In this document: positions 10,414 through 20,566 of the stretch, piece by piece
How the letters are laid out: each line of letters begins with the position of its first letter
How positions within the stretch are numbered: position 1 is the first letter of the stretch
Assembly: GCA_964406075.1 (NCBI GenBank)
Contig: CAYOQI010000001.1
Span: forward strand, 133,015-197,014
Length of the DNA stretch: 64,000 nucleotides
Source: an uncultured Pseudomonadales bacterium
Lineage (GTDB): Bacteria > Patescibacteriota > Microgenomatia > UBA1400 > PJMF01
Direction of reading: 5' to 3'
The notes under the pieces: generated by a model
Told to the model about the DNA's origin: nothing
The model's input: the letters and a program-made list of their open reading frames with translations, nothing else
Databases searched by the model: none
Position numbers and translations under genes: made by a program

Positions 10414-11094
10414 TTATCCAATTGGCATCACTCGCCACTTTATAATCGTACCAACAGCACCAACTCCATCCTTCCACGATATTTTCTTACCTTCTGAAAA
10501 ATCTCTTCCGACATATGAGATTGGAACTTCATAAATTCGAATCCCTTTTCTCAATATTTTACAAGTAATTTCTGGCTCAATATCAAAAGCATTTGCTTGT
10601 AAGCCCAACTCTTTCATAATCTGAGTCGGTATAAGTTTATAACATGTCTCCATATCTGAAATCGTCGTATCGTACAAAATATTCACTAGAAAATTTAAAA
10701 ATTTGTTTCCCACCAAGTGCCAATACAATAAGTTGGAATGTCCCCCAATAAATCTAGAACCATACACCACTTGAACTCCTCTGTTTTCTATCGGATCAAT
10801 CAATAATTGAATATCTTCTGGATGGTATTCTAAGTCGGCATCTTGTACCAAGATGTAATCACCTGTGACTTTTTCAAGTCCTAGTCGTAATGCGCTACCT
10901 TTTCCACCATTTTCTTTATGAAAAACACGGATTTTTTTATTCTTTAGATTTTTCAAAATTGCAGTGGTGCCATCAGTTGAACCATCATCAATGATGATAA
11001 TCTCATGTGCTACTTTTGCTTTTAACAATAATTCAACCACACGACCGATTGTTTTCTCTTCATTGTAAACAGGGATGAGGACGGAAAGTTTCAT
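10414..11094 (-). CDS. GT2 polyprenol-phosphate sugar synthase-like (DPM1/GtrB/CsbB-like)
   Basis: 226 aa. LSVLIPVYNEEKTI, IIIDDGSTDGT and VQDADLEYHPEDI, typical of lipid-phosphate monosaccharide synthases. Confidence 0.75.
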   Translation of the reverse strand: MKLSVLIPVYNEEKTIGRVVELLLKAKVAHEIIIIDDGSTDGTTAILKNLKNKKIRVFHKENGGKGSALRLGLEKVTGDYILVQDADLEYHPEDIQLLIDPIENRGVQVVYGSRFIGGHSNLLYWHLVGNKFLNFLVNILYDTTISDMETCYKLIPTQIMKELGLQANAFDIEPEITCKILRKGIRIYEVPISYVGRDFSEGKKISWKDGVGAVGTIIKWRVMPIG

Positions 11095-11097
11095 ATG

Positions 11098-11304
11098 CTA
11101 CTGAGATTCTCTTTTGTATTGTTGTTCTTCCAACCATTTTTTATAGCGATACGATTGTGAATCTCTATCACTTCCAGGTTTAGAAATTTCAGGCTCTACC
11201 GGATGTCGAGCGCCAGTTTCATAATTTAATCTCTTAGCAAGTTCCACACTAGGAACAGGCGTCAAGCTGAAATCAGGGGTATACGGAAGTTCAGAAGAAT
11301 TCAT
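11098..11304 (-). CDS. Small hydrophilic hypothetical protein
   Basis: 68-aa ORF that exactly fills the gap between two GT2 genes, with 3-4 nt spacers. No recognisable motif. Confidence 0.45.
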   Translation of the reverse strand: MNSSELPYTPDFSLTPVPSVELAKRLNYETGARHPVEPEISKPGSDRDSQSYRYKKWLEEQQYKRESQ

Positions 11305-11308
11305 TTTG

Positions 11309-12214
11309 TTATATCTTTAATTTTCGTCGGACTTTCCAAACGAATTTGGAAATTCCAGAACTATTTTTTACATGCCAATCCGCAAGCCAGTACTTCATAT
11401 TCTTTTGAATAACATGAAGCGAATCAACCACTTCACTTTCTGACTGCTTGTTTTCTTTAAAATCTTGTTGCTCCCAAACTTTTAAATCTTTGATCAGCTC
11501 TGACATACTTTGCATCATACTTAGTGCTAAGCCATGTGTACCATCTTTTATTCCATTCCATTGAAAAGTTCGGCGGAAAAATTCATCAAAGAATACCTCG
11601 ACCACTTTTGTTTGTGAAAGTGTGGTGCTCTTGCTTGCTTCTTTGGCTTGAATTGAACTGTATCGATCCAAGCGAGAGATAAAGTCAGAAACGGATGTGT
11701 AGTTATGATGCAAAATTGCCAAGCTTGGATCAGCAGGAAGATTTTTTACTTCACCAGAAACTTTCGGCTCTGAATGTATTTCATCTTTCCATTCCACTTT
11801 TCCTTTCACAAACAATCGCAATTGATGATCAGGCCACCAGCCAGTATGTTCCATCCACTTTCCCCAAATGATATTTTTTCGAGCAATTTTATACGCAACA
11901 GGCTCACCAATTTTCCAGTTATCTAAACTTAACTGAGAAATTAATTCTTGAAGTTTGGGAGCCATTTCTTCATCTGCATCAAGAATGAAAACCCAATCTC
12001 CTTTTGCCTTCGAAATGGCTTCATTTCTGGCTGGCTCAACATATCCAACATCTTTGGTGGTAAAAAACCGCACGTCGTATTTCTTGGCAACTTTCAGCGT
12101 TTCATCACTGCTTTTCATATCCATGATGATGATTTCATCAGCAAAAAGAACAGACTCTAAACATTTTTTTAATGTTTTCGCCGAGTTTTTAGTATGGATG
12201 ATGACCGAGAGCAT
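11309..12214 (-). CDS. GT2 family glycosyltransferase
   Basis: LSVIIHTKNSAKTL...IIIMDMKSSDET...ILDADEEM and GKWMEHTGWWPD. Confidence 0.8.
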   Translation of the reverse strand: MLSVIIHTKNSAKTLKKCLESVLFADEIIIMDMKSSDETLKVAKKYDVRFFTTKDVGYVEPARNEAISKAKGDWVFILDADEEMAPKLQELISQLSLDNWKIGEPVAYKIARKNIIWGKWMEHTGWWPDHQLRLFVKGKVEWKDEIHSEPKVSGEVKNLPADPSLAILHHNYTSVSDFISRLDRYSSIQAKEASKSTTLSQTKVVEVFFDEFFRRTFQWNGIKDGTHGLALSMMQSMSELIKDLKVWEQQDFKENKQSESEVVDSLHVIQKNMKYWLADWHVKNSSGISKFVWKVRRKLKI

Positions 12215-12217
12215 AAT

Positions 12218-13714
12218 TTATTTATTTCTCAATGAGCCTATCTCAACGACTAACTTTTTCCAACCTACTAACAATAACGTCAAACCGTAACTACAAGATA
12301 CAAGAATCATACCAAAAATTAGAGAAGAAAATGAGCTCTGCCAGAGATTCATTCCAAATAACCCGACACCTGCCATTACTCCGGCGGCGAGCAACTGTCT
12401 CCAGATTTGCTCAAGAAAACGAATCTCAATTTCTTTTTTCATATAATAGAGTGGTACCAAGGAAGAAATTGCAATCACGAATGCTGCAATCGCAACTCCA
12501 TCATATCCATATCTCCAAATCGCTAGAGGAGTTAAAGTCCAAGTTAATCCTGTCCACATTAACATCAACTTCAGTGTTGTGTTAATTTTCCCAAGCGCGG
12601 TTAATGCATTGGTCAACGGTGAAGAAATGGCACTCCAACCAATGCTCAGTGTAAATAGAATAAAACTCACAAGTGCCGGTTGCCACTTTTCACTCAGACC
12701 GACCAAAAATAGAACTGGTTGAATAAAAATGGACATCCCAATCAAAATTGGAAAAATTGCAATTGTGATAAAAAACAGTGATTTCTCAATCGCTCTTTGT
12801 AGTGCCTTGTCATTGTGTTGCAATCTGGAAAAGGTGGGGAAAGTAATCGCCATCACATTTTGAACTGTCAAATTATATGGATACATCGACCAACTTTTCG
12901 CCCAGTTAATATATCCAAATTCCCGAAGGGGTAAGTACTTTCCTAAAATCAGGAAAAAAAGTTGATCCTTAATTCTGGCAATAAAATCGATCAGCTGAAA
13001 TTTCGAACCAAATGCTAAGAGCTTTTTGAATTGTGTTGTGTCAAAAGTAAAAGCCGGTATCCATGGATGCAATATAAACATGACTAAAACGCCGATCACC
13101 GACCGGGCAATGATCGCATAACTATATGCCATCACGCCCACACCTTGAACCGCAAAGTAAATTAAAATCGCATGAAAAACGATTTGCTCAACGATTTGTG
13201 GAACGACTAATTTTGAAAAATTCAATTTCCGTTCTAACTGAATAGAAGGAATTGTTTTTAAACTTGCGAGTGGAAAAGAAATTGCTAATGCCAGTAAAAC
13301 CCATGTCCCAGCTTCACCGAGTTCTCCAGAAACAAATCCTGAAAAACTCACAAACAACGCCACCCCAAAAATAAACCAAGCTAGAACTTGTTGAACAGTA
13401 AAAACTGTTCGGTACTCCACTTCAGTTGGTTCATCTTTCTGTTGAATGAGCGCCCCAGCAAATCCGATATCCGAAAAGAAGACTAACAAACCAATAATTT
13501 GTGTGACATATCCATAGACACCAAAGTCTTCCGGTTCAAAGTATTGCGTCAAAATTGCAGCGCTTAATAAGCCAATACCTTGCAAAAACAGTGTTCGAAC
13601 GAAGTAGGAAAGTGCACCGGATACTGATTTTTTTTTAATATCTCGGACCAGTCGCTCATCTTGGGTAAGCGCTTCTTCTAATTCATCGGTAGTATCAATC
13701 GCAGTATGAGTCAT
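12218..13714 (-). CDS. Wzx-like polysaccharide flippase (MOP superfamily)
   Basis: 498 aa with about 12-14 TM segments. The N-terminus KKSVSGALSYFVRTLFLQGIGLLSAAILTQYFEPEDFGVYG is typical of polysaccharide biosynthesis (Polysacc_synt) proteins. Confidence 0.75.
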   Translation of the reverse strand: MTHTAIDTTDELEEALTQDERLVRDIKKKSVSGALSYFVRTLFLQGIGLLSAAILTQYFEPEDFGVYGYVTQIIGLLVFFSDIGFAGALIQQKDEPTEVEYRTVFTVQQVLAWFIFGVALFVSFSGFVSGELGEAGTWVLLALAISFPLASLKTIPSIQLERKLNFSKLVVPQIVEQIVFHAILIYFAVQGVGVMAYSYAIIARSVIGVLVMFILHPWIPAFTFDTTQFKKLLAFGSKFQLIDFIARIKDQLFFLILGKYLPLREFGYINWAKSWSMYPYNLTVQNVMAITFPTFSRLQHNDKALQRAIEKSLFFITIAIFPILIGMSIFIQPVLFLVGLSEKWQPALVSFILFTLSIGWSAISSPLTNALTALGKINTTLKLMLMWTGLTWTLTPLAIWRYGYDGVAIAAFVIAISSLVPLYYMKKEIEIRFLEQIWRQLLAAGVMAGVGLFGMNLWQSSFSSLIFGMILVSCSYGLTLLLVGWKKLVVEIGSLRNK

Positions 13715-15453
13715 GAGGGTTTTTTTAATTTTTCTTTTCTTAATTCAACGATCATATACAGTGTCACAATAGCAGACAGGAGTGCAATCAAATCGGACCA
13801 CATCCGAACTGGTGTTGATCTCAATTGTAATCCGACAAGATGATCTCCTGGCGGAACTTTTACTTCAATTGTTCCCACTGCCATCCTCTCGTGTGGCACA
13901 TCTTTTCCATCGAGTGAGACTGTCCATCCCGGATAATCTGCTACGTTAAATCGTAACACTCGTTCACCTGAAAAAATCATTCTGACTAATATTTCATGTG
14001 TTCGATCGACCAATACTTCACGTTGTCGACGTTCCTCTTCTAAACCTACAACTTCAACACGTAACTCAGCAGGTTGTATATTCTCGGCTAAATATATCGG
14101 CATGTAATCAGGTAATGTTTCACTCATCTCGTTCTGAATTCTGGTTGCATCCGAGTAATACAGAGCTTCCGAATTATCCAGAAAAAATTCTGGTTGAAAA
14201 TAGGTCACACCTTTGAAAAATGTATATCCTATGATCAAAACTGCCAGAGAATATCGATACATGTCTTTTTTAATTATCCAAAAACTTATGCCCGAAGCAC
14301 ATGCAATAAAGAATGATGACAACGCTAAAAATCTCCACGGGAATTGAGCAACTTGAAGTGTGGGAATATTCCAAATTAACTGAGATTTTTGAGTGCTTAA
14401 TAACAATGAAGCCAGTAAAGAAAAAGCTAAAAACCCAAAAAGGACAAGTTTATTTAAAACAACTTTTTTCTTCGATTGAATGAAATAAATAAAAATGACA
14501 ACAAGTGAGAGTGCGAACAAAACCAACTGAGGGTAGCCTAAAAAGAAACTAATATCGTCGTTTGGTCCCCACTGTGAACCACCATACTTCCAGTTTTCTT
14601 GAAAAAACTGTCGAATATATAAAAAATGTTGAGAGTAATGAAAGTAACCACTCAGTATTCTTGAACTCACTTGAGTGTAATCTTTTTCCAAAAGTGCCGG
14701 AAAAATATAAAAAGCGGAAGTACCAATACTTAAAACAAAAGCCCGCACAATATCTTTTAGTACTCTAACTTTTTTGCCCTTCGTTCTCACAAAAGCAAGG
14801 CCAGCATACGCAAGCACAACCGGAGTGAAAAACAACGTCATTAAATTGTGACTCAAAAACAAACCGACATTTGCTAAAAATAGTGTTATCCATGGTTTCT
14901 TTTGGTTTTGTGCTGTAATTTTGTCTACACCATAGAGTATCCACGGGAAAAAGCTCATAGCCCACACTTCAGACAATGCACCACGTACATAAAGATTTAC
15001 TGCTCGATATGGTGCGAGAGTAAAAAGGACGGCAGCAACTAATCCAGCTAATCGGCCATAGTGACGAGAAACATATTTGTAAGTTCCGATGAAACCAACA
15101 ACTGATGGAATCAACCATAGAAACTTGGAAGCAAAAAGCAAATTGTTTGTGAGCCAATAAAAAAATGCTCCGACATAAAAAGGTAACGGAGCATAGAACT
15201 CGAATAACGGCATGCCGTAGCCGTATCCTAAATTTTGACTCCAACGAACCGGAAAATGACCATCTCGTAACGCGTCCAACATCTCAGAAATACGCACTCC
15301 ATGAACAAAATCATGGGTTCTGAATATTTCAGGATTGAGTAAGGCCCGCGAGGAAATAAAAATCGTGATACAAAAAATAATAAGCACACCAAATTTTTGT
15401 ACCCGTGGGTTTTTTAATAATATCAACCAGTGATCAATTTGATTTTTTTTCAT
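13711..15453 (-). CDS. YfhO/PTPS-related-like polytopic membrane protein (probable GT-C glycosyltransferase)
   Basis: 580 aa. N-terminal HDFVHGVRISEM...FPVRWSQNLGYGYGMPLFEFYAPLPFY. C-terminal beta-domain ADYPGWTVSLDGKDVP...VKVPPGDHLVGLQL followed by a final TM, as in YfhO-type proteins. Confidence 0.6.
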   Translation of the reverse strand: MKKNQIDHWLILLKNPRVQKFGVLIIFCITIFISSRALLNPEIFRTHDFVHGVRISEMLDALRDGHFPVRWSQNLGYGYGMPLFEFYAPLPFYVGAFFYWLTNNLLFASKFLWLIPSVVGFIGTYKYVSRHYGRLAGLVAAVLFTLAPYRAVNLYVRGALSEVWAMSFFPWILYGVDKITAQNQKKPWITLFLANVGLFLSHNLMTLFFTPVVLAYAGLAFVRTKGKKVRVLKDIVRAFVLSIGTSAFYIFPALLEKDYTQVSSRILSGYFHYSQHFLYIRQFFQENWKYGGSQWGPNDDISFFLGYPQLVLFALSLVVIFIYFIQSKKKVVLNKLVLFGFLAFSLLASLLLSTQKSQLIWNIPTLQVAQFPWRFLALSSFFIACASGISFWIIKKDMYRYSLAVLIIGYTFFKGVTYFQPEFFLDNSEALYYSDATRIQNEMSETLPDYMPIYLAENIQPAELRVEVVGLEEERRQREVLVDRTHEILVRMIFSGERVLRFNVADYPGWTVSLDGKDVPHERMAVGTIEVKVPPGDHLVGLQLRSTPVRMWSDLIALLSAIVTLYMIVELRKEKLKKPS

Positions 15454-17024
15454 TACTGTTTTTCAGGAATCTCTGTTTCCTCTGTTGGAACCGCGTGCTG
15501 ATATTCATAGACATCTAAACTCGAAGATTGGCCCGGACGTGGAAACTTATACACCAATTTAATTCTTGGATCATTGAGCACCAGCATCCGGTGTGTATTG
15601 ACCAATAAGTAAGCTGTTTCCGCTTGCTCGGCTTTTTGTAACCATTCCTCAGGCAAAACTACAATCGGCTGACCAACTCCAAATATCTCAATATTTTCTA
15701 CATTTTTATTATGAAAGTACATCAGTAACCCATCAGGAAGTGTCCCAAAATATCCTTCAGTACCGACAACCACTCTTCCTTGCTTGGCTTTTTCTTCAAT
15801 AATACTCACCATTTCGTAATTTCCTTGACCTGCTGACCATTCTTCCAGATACTGTTCCCGATCAATCGGGACGAACGGCAAAGAATTCACATCAAACAAC
15901 ATGGAATAAAAAAATCTCAAACAGACTAAAGCCGGGACGAATAAAAACAGCCCAATGCCAAGTCGAATTTTTTTCAATTCTAAAAAGAGTTCTTCATAAA
16001 AAAGACTGATTGATACAGTGCTGAAAATCACCATAGGCAAAACATAACGAGGAGCAAAAACTCGTGCAAAAACTAAAAATGGCAGAATAAATACGAGCAT
16101 TGCTAAAAAAAGCACCCAATGGTTTTTTTTATGTTTAGAGAAAAATAAAGAAAGAAACCACAGAATGGTTAATGTGAATGAAAAGTACGTACCATGCCAA
16201 AATATCACCCGTCGAACATTATTGATGCTCGATCTCCATTCACCACCAATTAATTCTTGAGTAGTAAACGTAAAGTCTTGACCACGACTAAAAAGTTGTC
16301 CAAAAGCCGGATGGAGTTTTAAAGATGCAAAAAGTCCTAGTCCAATCAATGCGACAAAACCCGACATTATCAACATTTTCCATGCCGTTTTGGTAAATGG
16401 GTTCAATTTCTCTGCATATAACTGTGAAAATAATGGAAAAGCCAGAAGGAAGAAAATTGCTGGCAATTTAGTAAGTAAAGCCAATCCGTAGGATACACCA
16501 GTAAAAATAATCCAAAAAATTTGAGACTTGCTTCCCTTTTCAGTTTTTTTCAACAATGCTAGTTCTGTAAAACCAAGCGTCACCAACGATAAGAAAAATG
16601 TCAGTAAACCATCGATCAACGCCATCCGATGATGAAAAACCCAAAACGGCATCAGAGTAACTAAGAACATACTCAGTAACTGGGCAATCTCTTTTCCACC
16701 GAGATTTTTCACAATTTTTTTGATCACAAATAACTGAATCAAGCCGACTATTACAGATAGAAACCTCCCTGCCATTAATGGGTCATCTGAAAGTTGGAGA
16801 AATGGAATCATTAACCACATATGAAGTGGTGTTTTACCGTCATTCAGGGGAAACAAAAGATACTGTCGCCAGTCATCAATAATGAGCTGTGACCAACGGA
16901 TATAAATGGCTTCATCAGCAAAAACAGGTAAAAGAGTTAAAGAAAAAATGTGAGTGGCGAGATACAAAACAACAATCCCAGCAATGCCAAATGAAAATGC
17001 TCTGCGATCAATTTTCATACTCAT
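15453..17024 (-). CDS. GT-C fold membrane glycosyltransferase (ArnT-like)
   Basis: 523 aa and polytopic. First-loop motif VFADEAIYIRWSQLI. Soluble C-terminal domain. Confidence 0.7.
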   Translation of the reverse strand: MSMKIDRRAFSFGIAGIVVLYLATHIFSLTLLPVFADEAIYIRWSQLIIDDWRQYLLFPLNDGKTPLHMWLMIPFLQLSDDPLMAGRFLSVIVGLIQLFVIKKIVKNLGGKEIAQLLSMFLVTLMPFWVFHHRMALIDGLLTFFLSLVTLGFTELALLKKTEKGSKSQIFWIIFTGVSYGLALLTKLPAIFFLLAFPLFSQLYAEKLNPFTKTAWKMLIMSGFVALIGLGLFASLKLHPAFGQLFSRGQDFTFTTQELIGGEWRSSINNVRRVIFWHGTYFSFTLTILWFLSLFFSKHKKNHWVLFLAMLVFILPFLVFARVFAPRYVLPMVIFSTVSISLFYEELFLELKKIRLGIGLFLFVPALVCLRFFYSMLFDVNSLPFVPIDREQYLEEWSAGQGNYEMVSIIEEKAKQGRVVVGTEGYFGTLPDGLLMYFHNKNVENIEIFGVGQPIVVLPEEWLQKAEQAETAYLLVNTHRMLVLNDPRIKLVYKFPRPGQSSSLDVYEYQHAVPTEETEIPEKQ

Positions 17025-18253
17025 CTTCCTATCTTAGTCGGAGAATGAGTTCTTCGCCAGCCCAACCACATCAGCACACCTAAAAGTCCAATCACCCAAG
17101 TAATCATTCTTTGCTGAAAATGAATGTCAGAGGTGTACTCAAAAGCTCCATTCCACATCCAAGGGATGTACCGTAACATCGAGGAGAATGACAAAGAAAT
17201 TAATAAAGCTTGTAACCATTTCCACTTAATGAATGGAAGAAACGTTAACGACCAAATCAAGTACCAAGGGTGAAACCACTGAGAGCGAGAAGTCAGAAGC
17301 GGTAACAACAATAAGATTGATGAATACTCCATTACATTTTTAGTGACAACATCAATGAATTTTTGAGCGTTTCCTTGCAGATGCTTTTTAAAATCATATT
17401 CTTGTTGAGAAAAAACCAGCACCATCCAAACTGGGAGTAAAACCACCGTTACATACTTCATTGAAATTGAGATCAACAGAAAAGTAAAAGATATGAACAT
17501 TAAAGGAATACTTTGTTTGTATTTTTTATTCATTAATACATACAAACCGCCGAGTGCGAAGGTCATCATCCACGCGTCATTATGCCCTACCATTATTGTT
17601 TCAATAATGACCAACGGATTGAGCGCAAACATCAACCAATTTTTTATCCTTGTTTTTTTATCTTGGGTAAATATTTCCAGAAACTTCCACTGAATATATA
17701 CCAGTGCCGTTAACCCCAGCAAACTCCATGCTTTGAATAAAAGCCATGTTGACAAAAATTTTCCAAAACCAAACACGTACGGAATTAAAGAAAGTGCCGT
17801 CCAGCCATAAAAATATGGCGCTGGTGTATGAACATTGTGCATAAACCGTATCCACGGATCAGAGACAAAATCGAGTGCGGTTTGAATATGCGGATTTGCA
17901 CTATACTGAATAACCATTTTGGCATTAAATATGTAATTGAAAATATCGTGAGATAAAGCGTTATAGGCAAATACAGAAATTCCAAAAATGAGACAAACTA
18001 AAATCCACGGTTGTGAAGCTTCTTTATCTTTTCGAGATTGATGAAGTATCAAAAAATACGTGGAAAAAAGTAAAAGAATCAGGGCTGAATACGCAGTTGT
18101 TACGGTAGTCACTGGTATTGACCACATCACATTTTGAAATTGAAGATACGGTGACCACTGAAACAAGACCAAATTTCGATCAGTCAGTGAGTATGTCCAA
18201 ATGCTAAAAACGAAAATCAGAAAAGTGTAGATAAATAGTGAAGTATTTTTCAT
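17021..18253 (-). CDS. Polytopic membrane protein (possible GT-C or Wzy-like polymerase)
   Basis: 410 aa with 10 or more hydrophobic segments. 4-nt overlaps on both sides place it in the same operon. No diagnostic motif recognised. Confidence 0.4.
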   Translation of the reverse strand: MKNTSLFIYTFLIFVFSIWTYSLTDRNLVLFQWSPYLQFQNVMWSIPVTTVTTAYSALILLLFSTYFLILHQSRKDKEASQPWILVCLIFGISVFAYNALSHDIFNYIFNAKMVIQYSANPHIQTALDFVSDPWIRFMHNVHTPAPYFYGWTALSLIPYVFGFGKFLSTWLLFKAWSLLGLTALVYIQWKFLEIFTQDKKTRIKNWLMFALNPLVIIETIMVGHNDAWMMTFALGGLYVLMNKKYKQSIPLMFISFTFLLISISMKYVTVVLLPVWMVLVFSQQEYDFKKHLQGNAQKFIDVVTKNVMEYSSILLLLPLLTSRSQWFHPWYLIWSLTFLPFIKWKWLQALLISLSFSSMLRYIPWMWNGAFEYTSDIHFQQRMITWVIGLLGVLMWLGWRRTHSPTKIGR

Positions 18254-18271
18254 TCAAAATAATGCTTTTAA

Positions 18272-19033
18272 TTAAGCATACTGTCCGGTTAACCAAGCAA
18301 TTCTAATTCGAATAATATCTCTGAACATTCGTAACGAATCTTTTATCGGTGACACACGATCAGACTCAAAGTGTGCCCATTGCACTGGCATTTCAGTCAC
18401 TTTTAATCCTTTTTTTCGAGCCAAAAATAGCAACTCTACATCAAATGCGCCAGTATATGCATCACTCCTTTGTTGGTCTTGACCATAAATGACTAAAGAA
18501 GGGAAAAGCATTTCTGTCGCTCGTTGGGAAAAAAGTTTAAATCCGCATTGAGTATCTAAAATCCCTGGCACTGCTAGTAGTTGCACCATTAGATTAAACC
18601 CTCTTCCCATTAAGTGGCGATGAAACGGTTCTTTGGCCCGTAATGCACCTCGAACTTCTCGGGAACCAATCACAATGTCAGATTCATCAGATCGAAGGCA
18701 ATCAAGTGCCCGAACCACTTCAGACAGTGGAGTTGATTGATCAAAGTCCGTGAATAAACGATACTTGCCCGTAGCCGCAAGCATTCCTTTAGTCACTGTT
18801 GGACCTTTACCAGCATGTGCATTTTTTAAAATTGCTATGTTTTCTTTTCCTCGTGCAAATTTTTCTAATAATTCAATCGTCCCGTCAGAAGAACCATCAT
18901 CGCTCAAAACTAATTCCCAGGAGTAGGGTTGTTTTTGCAAGTAAGCATACACATCATCTAATACATTTCGATGAAAATTTTTTGCTTCATTATACGAAGG
19001 CAAAATGATAGATAAGAAGGGTTGCGATGGCAT
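18272..19033 (-). CDS. GT2 polyprenol-phosphate glycosyltransferase-like (ALG5/DPM1-like)
   Basis: LSIILPSYNEAKNF, LVLSDDGSSDGT and FTDFDQSTP (DxD). Confidence 0.75.
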   Translation of the reverse strand: MPSQPFLSIILPSYNEAKNFHRNVLDDVYAYLQKQPYSWELVLSDDGSSDGTIELLEKFARGKENIAILKNAHAGKGPTVTKGMLAATGKYRLFTDFDQSTPLSEVVRALDCLRSDESDIVIGSREVRGALRAKEPFHRHLMGRGFNLMVQLLAVPGILDTQCGFKLFSQRATEMLFPSLVIYGQDQQRSDAYTGAFDVELLFLARKKGLKVTEMPVQWAHFESDRVSPIKDSLRMFRDIIRIRIAWLTGQYA

Positions 19034-19054
19034 GAGTAAAATTGTACCTTTCTT

Positions 19055-20566
19055 TCATCTTCTGAGGAAGAGAATGTCAGGTCCACCTGGGATTTTGATA
19101 ATCTCGGTCGGTGTTTTGGTCGGGAAAACAACTATTTCGTAAATGGCTGAGTTGGCAATGTCAGCACCTGTTTTTTCTTCATCAATGACAACTAAAGTAT
19201 CGATATTTCCCCACTCTTCAATTGGGCTAGGTGGTTTGTTTCCAATCGCAGTTAAAAAGTATCGATAATTCATTCCTTCTATATCTCCATGCGGTGCTAA
19301 AAGCACCACGTTATATTTTTCTCCAGGTTGAATAAAACCTTGAATCACCTCACTCGTTGCCTGCATTTCGTTGATCGTCCAAGATAAATCTCGATACACA
19401 TATTTTTGAATATTTACCATAATAAATAACACCGTACCCACGGCGACACACATTTTCCCCACCTTATTTTGAGCAATATACGAAAGCACTAAACCAAGCA
19501 GCAAAGCAGTAACAGGGAATAAGTAGCCAATATAGTGATTAAAAATGGTACTTCGATAAAAAGCAGCACCGAGAATACCAATTCCCATCCAAACAACTAA
19601 AACGAGGATTCCTCTTCGAAACGGTCTGAAATAATTTGATCTCAAACTCAAAATAATTCCAACAATCACCGCGACAACTAAAAGCGTGTTCAACCAACGC
19701 ACCTCACCTAAGGTAATTTCAAAAAAAGCTTGCAGTGAACGTCCATGTGTTTCCATCAGAATATCACTCAGTTTCCGGACTGAGCCCAAATGTTCATCTT
19801 CTCCAAAAAGAAGATCTTGGAAAGCTCGCCAATTCAGATAATCATGTCGTAAATCGAAGAGAATCAGTGGAATCAATGAGGAAATAAAAACTGCCACCGC
19901 AGCAAAAGTCGCTCCAAAAAACTTCTTCGTTGATTTTTTGACAACGGGTTTAAATAAAGTGAATAACCAAATGAGACCAGCAGCTCCACCAGTTAACAAT
20001 GTTAAATAATGGAGTTGAATAAGTAAGCTGAAACACAAACCAACAATGATCCAGTACATCGGAGATTTTATCCATGCCCGATGAATCGCCCAAATCATAA
20101 TTAGTGAGATAAGTGGAGCTGGATTGGGATTCCAACTAAATCGTGTTAATTCGATAAACGTCCAAGTAAAGGCATATAAAATACTAGCAATCAATGCTCC
20201 TCTTTTTCCAATTAATTCTTTGCCAAGTAAATAAATTAAAGGAACAGTTAAACTTCCAAGTAAAGCTACCGCATAGACTGGTCCCATCGGACTCGGGTAT
20301 GTCAGTGCGTAAAAAGGCAACATGAAGTAGTAATAGCCTGGCCCGAGGTACATGTTACCTACACTGGTGACCGGACCAATAAAGACTAGATTTTTCTCAA
20401 CTAACATTTTGTAGGTAATTAAGGCATCTCTACCCTGATCACCGAGAAATTGAAGCGTTCCATCCAAGTTATAGAATCGTAAAAAAGTGGCGATGAGGGT
20501 TACAACACCAAGTATCCATAGATGAGTAGAAATTCTATGGAATTTAGAGGTAAAAATTGATTTCAT
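19055..20566 (-). CDS. GT-C fold membrane glycosyltransferase (ArnT-like)
   Basis: 503 aa and polytopic. First-loop motif FLGDQGRDALITYKM. Confidence 0.7.
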   Translation of the reverse strand: MKSIFTSKFHRISTHLWILGVVTLIATFLRFYNLDGTLQFLGDQGRDALITYKMLVEKNLVFIGPVTSVGNMYLGPGYYYFMLPFYALTYPSPMGPVYAVALLGSLTVPLIYLLGKELIGKRGALIASILYAFTWTFIELTRFSWNPNPAPLISLIMIWAIHRAWIKSPMYWIIVGLCFSLLIQLHYLTLLTGGAAGLIWLFTLFKPVVKKSTKKFFGATFAAVAVFISSLIPLILFDLRHDYLNWRAFQDLLFGEDEHLGSVRKLSDILMETHGRSLQAFFEITLGEVRWLNTLLVVAVIVGIILSLRSNYFRPFRRGILVLVVWMGIGILGAAFYRSTIFNHYIGYLFPVTALLLGLVLSYIAQNKVGKMCVAVGTVLFIMVNIQKYVYRDLSWTINEMQATSEVIQGFIQPGEKYNVVLLAPHGDIEGMNYRYFLTAIGNKPPSPIEEWGNIDTLVVIDEEKTGADIANSAIYEIVVFPTKTPTEIIKIPGGPDILFLRR

